A stretch of 64,000 nucleotides of DNA from a virus (lineage: Duplodnaviria > Heunggongvirae > Uroviricota > Caudoviricetes): the IMG/VR virus record IMGVR_UViG_3300028833_002727; one strand, written 5' to 3'. The translations under genes and the position numbers were made by a program. Below are positions 59,135 to 64,000 of this stretch, in pieces; position 1 is the first letter of the stretch, and the number at the start of each line of letters is the position of its first letter. A model generated the notes under the pieces. The model searched no databases. It worked only from the letters and a program-made list of their open reading frames with translations, and had not been told where the DNA came from.

Positions 59135-59203
59135 AATTTTTTCAGGTTATTTAGTCTATATTATTTCTCTTATAATAAATACTTGCTACATTGCAAAAAT
59201 CAA

Positions 59204-61123
59204 TTAAAAATATCTAGGTTTTTTTGTTGATGCACCGCAGAATAGCCACATATTTGGGTTATTTTTCTTTTCAACTGTTTTATTAGTAAACATAACATCC
59301 TGAACACGTAGTTTATTTTCAACTGGAGCGTCTTCACGTTTCTCACGATTTTGTGTTTGTATAATACGACTATTAGCTCTAACCATTGCGTTAAGCATCG
59401 CCATATCACGGTTCTTTTGTTCGATTTGTTTACTAACAGAGTGTTGCATTACGAACAATCCCATCGCTAAACATGTAATGGTATCATCGTGACAACCTTC
59501 CTTGTGATCCATACCACGTGAACCTTGCACGAATACCCAAGTATCTAATTCGTTACATACACGTGAAGAACGTATCTTGAATTGATTAGTTCTAACAAGA
59601 TTAGCAAATTCACTTAACATGTTGTAACGAAGTGATGTTGTGTGATAACCTGGTAATCCCTGATCCGTTACCTTTGTTGGGGTAGCATCATTTTGGTTTG
59701 TATATTTTTTCAACATTGGGTCGTCATAGTATAGGTTTTTATAACCAAGACGTTGTAGAATCATCAATGTTGCTGCACCATAACCACCAATATCTTCAAC
59801 AACAATGAATGCGTTGTTATATTGTACACCATATGAATATGCTAATTCACCAACTATATCACCAGTAAGTTTACCATTATATTCAAGTACTTGTTCAACA
59901 CATGGCATACCATTGTCATCAATACCATCTAAGTCGATTATTTCAAGTGCTGTAGCATCATCACTAGAACCTCTTGAGTTATCTATAGACATTAGGTATC
60001 TGTGCCCTTCATAAGGCGGTTTCCATACCCATGTATCTTCAACACCAGGGTCTTTAAGATTTGGATTTGGTTCTCTTACATTTAACTCACGTTGCATTTC
60101 AATGTATTGAGGTTCAATAACAGTTGAATCAGAACCCAAGAATGAAGCATCCAACTCTTGTGCAATCTTTTGTGGGTCGTTGTTGAACTGTTGACACATT
60201 TTTACATACCAAGGTGAACGAGGTGTCCAACCGTCTTTTATTCGTTTCTCCCATTTCTCTTCGTTATATTCGATAGTTCCAGTATCATCAAGTGTCGGTT
60301 CTTTCTCAATATCATAATCACCAGTTGTATCATTCTTTTTGAGCCATTCCAGGTGTTTATTATAACGAGGGTCTTGATACCAGTGCATCTCAACCAATTC
60401 AAAACCATTCCAATCACGAGTTCCTTTTAATTTAGCACGTTTACAGGTTTCGTAGTACAACTGATCTTTACCGTTTGGTGTACTAATGAACAAACAACGT
60501 CCCTTTGTCGCACTAATTGTAGGAAGGGCGGCAGTATAAACGTCTTTTGCATTTTCAATGAAGGCTACCTCATCGAAAACTAGGAAGTGTACAGTCAAAC
60601 CACGAGATGCTTGTATATCTGATGAACGAGCATAAATTTTACAGCCGTTCTTCAAGAACATCTCTTTTTGATTTCGTTTATCGAAAATCACATTATCGTT
60701 TGCTGGTGGTTTTGAAATATCATATCCAGCGTTAATAAACTCTTCTGTGTGTCCCCACATCCATAATGGTATTTGCATTAAGAAGTCGTAAACTTTTAAG
60801 AACATTTGTTGTGCAATTTCCAATGTATTACCAATAATAAGCGTGTTTTTTGGTGAACCATCATCTGCCATTACAGCTTCACAGCATGTATAAGCAGCAG
60901 CAACTGTTGAAATACCGCTCTGACGGCTCTTTGTTGTTACAACTGAGTGTTGTCCATCACCAAGTGCTTTGCATAATAATTGTTGACGAGGGAAAAGCCC
61001 AAAATCAACTTCTTTACCTTGTGTGCCATCGTATGTTTTTAGATAATGCGTAATCATATAGATGCGGCTTTTATCAATATAACATTTGATATATTCTTCA
61101 GAAAGTGTTTGTGCGTCTAACAT
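59204..61123 (-). CDS. Terminase large subunit (T4 gp17-like)
   Basis: LFPRQ, KSRQSGIS, VFDEVAF, ISTPNG, QELDASF, SIDNSRG, HDDTI. Confidence 0.93.
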   Translation of the reverse strand: MLDAQTLSEEYIKCYIDKSRIYMITHYLKTYDGTQGKEVDFGLFPRQQLLCKALGDGQHSVVTTKSRQSGISTVAAAYTCCEAVMADDGSPKNTLIIGNTLEIAQQMFLKVYDFLMQIPLWMWGHTEEFINAGYDISKPPANDNVIFDKRNQKEMFLKNGCKIYARSSDIQASRGLTVHFLVFDEVAFIENAKDVYTAALPTISATKGRCLFISTPNGKDQLYYETCKRAKLKGTRDWNGFELVEMHWYQDPRYNKHLEWLKKNDTTGDYDIEKEPTLDDTGTIEYNEEKWEKRIKDGWTPRSPWYVKMCQQFNNDPQKIAQELDASFLGSDSTVIEPQYIEMQRELNVREPNPNLKDPGVEDTWVWKPPYEGHRYLMSIDNSRGSSDDATALEIIDLDGIDDNGMPCVEQVLEYNGKLTGDIVGELAYSYGVQYNNAFIVVEDIGGYGAATLMILQRLGYKNLYYDDPMLKKYTNQNDATPTKVTDQGLPGYHTTSLRYNMLSEFANLVRTNQFKIRSSRVCNELDTWVFVQGSRGMDHKEGCHDDTITCLAMGLFVMQHSVSKQIEQKNRDMAMLNAMVRANSRIIQTQNREKREDAPVENKLRVQDVMFTNKTVEKKNNPNMWLFCGASTKKPRYF

Positions 61124-61314
61124 AATTTTTTCATTTTTGTAAATTTGTTATTATTCCCTTCATATTTCACTATGAAGTAATAAATACCCCTTTATTATAA
61201 AATATCACAATATAAATGAAAAAAACCATATTTTTCTCTATAAAAGTGTGTATTTTTACATGTTTTTAGGCGTTTCAAGGTATTTATTGTTAAGAATTAG
61301 TATTTATAAACACT

Positions 61315-62343
61315 ATGTTAACAGAGAAATTAAAGAAACATATAACAGATTTAATATATAACTTATTATCTGAAGGTATTCAGGATGCGAGTGATGAAGA
61401 ATTACTTGCAAAAATAACTTCAGGTGAAAAAGTTTTCCACCGCCCAAAAGACGCTTATGGTTCTGACCCGTTGGCTACCATAAAAAGTTTGTTCAGACGT
61501 GGTTTCTCGCGTGAATATACAGGTAGTAACGGTGGGAATATGTATGGTACAGGCGTTTATAACGTTTACAATTTGAGAAGTAGTAATGAAAAAGCGCGTG
61601 GATATGGTAGATACATATTACAATCATACGTAGTAGATGGTTATAAGAACTTCTTAATATTCAATAGCGACATCGCTAAAAAATATTACGGAGAAAACTG
61701 GTGGATTGGTAATCAAATTAAATTGTTAATGCCACCACAAATGGCGAGTAGAGTGTTACGAATGGTTGGGCATAATTTGTATATGAACGATTTCAAATCA
61801 CTCGATAAAAAAACTGCATCTATTGCTTATCAGATTTTCTCAATTGTTGGTGAATCTGGTATGAGGCAAACAAAAATACGTGGCATTATATATGACGGTG
61901 GACATGATGGTTCATGTGCGTTCGTTAGGGATTTTAGTGATGTTTGCCCTTATGCTTATAGTGACGATAACGGTAAAACCTGGAAAAAAGGTATAACAAG
62001 AGAATTGATGCAACATGTGATGGGTAACATTGATACGGAATTTGAATTGAAAAACAGAATTGACTCTGCTGGCAATCGTAAATTCGATGATGTTGCGAAG
62101 AAATCAATTAACGGTTTTGCTATTGTTTACAAACATAACAAAGTTAATTATTATTCTGTTGAGACACGTAGTTTAATATCAAACGTTTGGTTTGATGAGG
62201 GTATGAACTTTGATGAAGATGGATACGCTGAAGTGGTTTACCAAGGCTCTCCATTGTGTGTTCACAATGATGGTGGCGGTGAGTATTCAATCACTGACAT
62301 GGACGGCGCATACTTATGCAAAATAAGTGATTTAGAAATGTAA
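61315..62343 (+). CDS. ART-like domain plus WG-repeat protein with N-terminal tag
   Basis: VFHR...GF...GNMYGTGVY...YGRYIL; C-term GFAIV...WFD...FDEDGYAEV; LKKHITDLIYNLLSE. Confidence 0.65.
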   Translation: MLTEKLKKHITDLIYNLLSEGIQDASDEELLAKITSGEKVFHRPKDAYGSDPLATIKSLFRRGFSREYTGSNGGNMYGTGVYNVYNLRSSNEKARGYGRYILQSYVVDGYKNFLIFNSDIAKKYYGENWWIGNQIKLLMPPQMASRVLRMVGHNLYMNDFKSLDKKTASIAYQIFSIVGESGMRQTKIRGIIYDGGHDGSCAFVRDFSDVCPYAYSDDNGKTWKKGITRELMQHVMGNIDTEFELKNRIDSAGNRKFDDVAKKSINGFAIVYKHNKVNYYSVETRSLISNVWFDEGMNFDEDGYAEVVYQGSPLCVHNDGGGEYSITDMDGAYLCKISDLEM

Positions 62344-62354
62344 GAAATAAATAT

Positions 62355-63869
62355 ATGCAAGAGGCTTTTAGATTTAATAACGCACAAGCAAGAAACGACT
62401 ACTTCCGTAAACAAGCTGGAGGTGATGCTGCATCTGAAAATAAACCAGATGAGTTAGGACGTTTAAAAATATCATACAGTGAAGGTACTGTACCAGTTGT
62501 TGCTGGCGGTAAAGTTACACAATTACCTGTACACAATATCTTTCTTTATAATTTACAACCAAATGATGTACAAGAAATTATACGTGAATTAACAGCACAA
62601 AAGAAAGAAACCAGAACACAAAATGCTTTTGTTCCTAGAAGAAACGTAAGGGATTGTGTACAAATCCGTGTTGGTGAAAACGATATGGAACAATGGTTGC
62701 AAACTGGTATGCATGTAGTTCAAAACATTCTACGCCAATCAGGTGTTTATGATGAACAAGAAATCAATGACATGCCGGGTTACATTTCAAACGTTGCTGT
62801 TAGTAAGGCACAAATGAGACAAGAATATCAAAATGCTGAAAATAAAGCAATTGATGTATGGTTGGCATATTTAAAAGATATTAACAACCCTGAAGTTGTT
62901 TCTAAATTACAGGCTTATCAACGTGTATATCGTTATTTAGATGTTCAATATGGACATGTAAAAAGTGCAAAGAATGTTGCTGCTATTTTAGCAACAGATT
63001 CTAATGCAACATTTATTTTAACAGCCGCAGAATGGAGAGATTTCAACAGATACGTTAAACCGAACGCTAAACGTTTCTATGTATTAGTCCCATTGATTGA
63101 TAACGTTGATAAAAGTAAATTGGATGCGGTAATTGATAAATGTGGATGGGGCGGCACAGCATATTGTGATTTACCATTCCAAGTTCAACAGTTAGTTGAT
63201 ATGAAATGTCAGGAATTAGATATTGCTCCCCCATTTGCACATTACATTGAATTTGATATTTCAGACACTGAAGTTATTCCTGGAAAAGAGGATATATTCA
63301 ATACACAAATTGGTTTAGCAAATAACTTGACTGGAGAATTAAACGACAAAGCCAAAGAAGATTACGCTAAAAAACACGGTAATGAGGATATGCCTGAGGA
63401 TCAGGAAATGATGCAAAGAACGAAACAAGCAGCAGAATTTATTGTAAACTTCTGTCAAAAACAACATATTCCTTTCAAATATAATGAAACTGATAGCCCA
63501 TCTACAATTTTAGTTAATGGCTTAGTGGCTTATTATAAATCAGTTGCTGAAGCAGATGCTAACATTGATAAAGATACAAACAAAGAGATATTTGCAAAGA
63601 ACGCAACATTGTTTACATTGATTATAACTAATTTAGCGTTAGATAAAATTTCAAACTTCGGACATCCGGTTGAATATACAAAACAAGAGGCTGCTGAATT
63701 CCTAAAAAGTGTTACATATGTATTGAATAGATTAGAGCCAGCACTTGCTCTTCAACCACAGGCTGTTGAGGTTAATGAATCCGCAATGCCAAAATCAATA
63801 CGAAGTAAAGATGAAATTTTACAGCAGTTCCGCAAATTCTGTAAACAAATTGGTATAAGAATTATATAA
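62355..63869 (+). CDS. Protein with ArdC-N-like ssDNA-binding domain
   Basis: SAKN...I....NATF......W....R.VK..AK...VLVP...FDISDT. Confidence 0.6.
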   Translation: MQEAFRFNNAQARNDYFRKQAGGDAASENKPDELGRLKISYSEGTVPVVAGGKVTQLPVHNIFLYNLQPNDVQEIIRELTAQKKETRTQNAFVPRRNVRDCVQIRVGENDMEQWLQTGMHVVQNILRQSGVYDEQEINDMPGYISNVAVSKAQMRQEYQNAENKAIDVWLAYLKDINNPEVVSKLQAYQRVYRYLDVQYGHVKSAKNVAAILATDSNATFILTAAEWRDFNRYVKPNAKRFYVLVPLIDNVDKSKLDAVIDKCGWGGTAYCDLPFQVQQLVDMKCQELDIAPPFAHYIEFDISDTEVIPGKEDIFNTQIGLANNLTGELNDKAKEDYAKKHGNEDMPEDQEMMQRTKQAAEFIVNFCQKQHIPFKYNETDSPSTILVNGLVAYYKSVAEADANIDKDTNKEIFAKNATLFTLIITNLALDKISNFGHPVEYTKQEAAEFLKSVTYVLNRLEPALALQPQAVEVNESAMPKSIRSKDEILQQFRKFCKQIGIRII

Positions 63870-63885
63870 AAAACAATATAAAGAT

Positions 63886-64000
63886 ATGGCAGTAACAGAA
63901 GAAGTTGCAACATTATTCAGACGTTTTAAAAGTGAAATGGGTGCCCCAATCCTTGAAGTTGAATTAACCGACGAACAATTATGTGATTTATTAGCGATGG
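63886..64000 (+). CDS. Neck/head-completion protein (gp13-like), 3'-truncated
   Basis: MAVTEEVATLFRRFKSEMGAPILEVELTDEQL resembles the gp13 LGAP.I.V motif. Confidence 0.6.
   Translation, partial: MAVTEEVATLFRRFKSEMGAPILEVELTDEQLCDLLAM

Noticed and set aside
1-64000. Stop-codon reassignment (TAG to Gln, as in Lak megaphages and some crAss-like phages)
   Set aside because: Long genes (MCP, TerL, Clp, GTs) are intact in the standard code, and TAG ends several genes (23520, 43305, 53237) with no sign of fragmentation
1-64000. tRNA/rRNA genes, introns, inteins
   Set aside because: No cloverleaf, rRNA or splicing signature recognised by eye; TerL, helicase and MCP appear uninterrupted. tRNAscan/Infernal would be needed to exclude them

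Overview
AT-rich fragment of a T4-like jumbo (Myoviridae-type) phage that very likely infects a Bacteroidota host (Prevotella/Bacteroides-like), read in the standard genetic code. The left ~20 kb is mostly minus-strand early/accessory genes behind five near-identical Bacteroidota sigma-A promoters (TTTG-N20-TAnnTTTG): RNA ligase, nucleotidyltransferase, macro-like protein, MgtC, YqeY, SPFH, Nudix, PncB. The middle holds a solo IS200/IS605 tnpB, ClpC-like and ClpX ATPases, a UvrD helicase and a fibre/LRR adhesin module. The right ~25 kb is a head module: two multi-domain glycosyltransferases plus an acyltransferase, prohead protease (gp21-like), scaffold, major capsid protein (gp23-like), large terminase and the start of a neck protein. 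Most notable inferred system: about 15 unrelated proteins (four ADP-ribosyltransferase-like domains, InPase, nucleotidyltransferase, SprT, Gp88-like, others) carry one of two short shared tags ending in gp21-type [LIVM]-x-E sites, and most sit behind one TATTTAT late motif. This suggests a capsid-packaged, protease-matured effector arsenal. Also seen: a probable -1 frameshift in a head protein, a head-operon glycosylation cluster, a hypervariable LRR array and two in-frame TAA interruptions. All product calls come from motif recognition by eye; no database searches were run.
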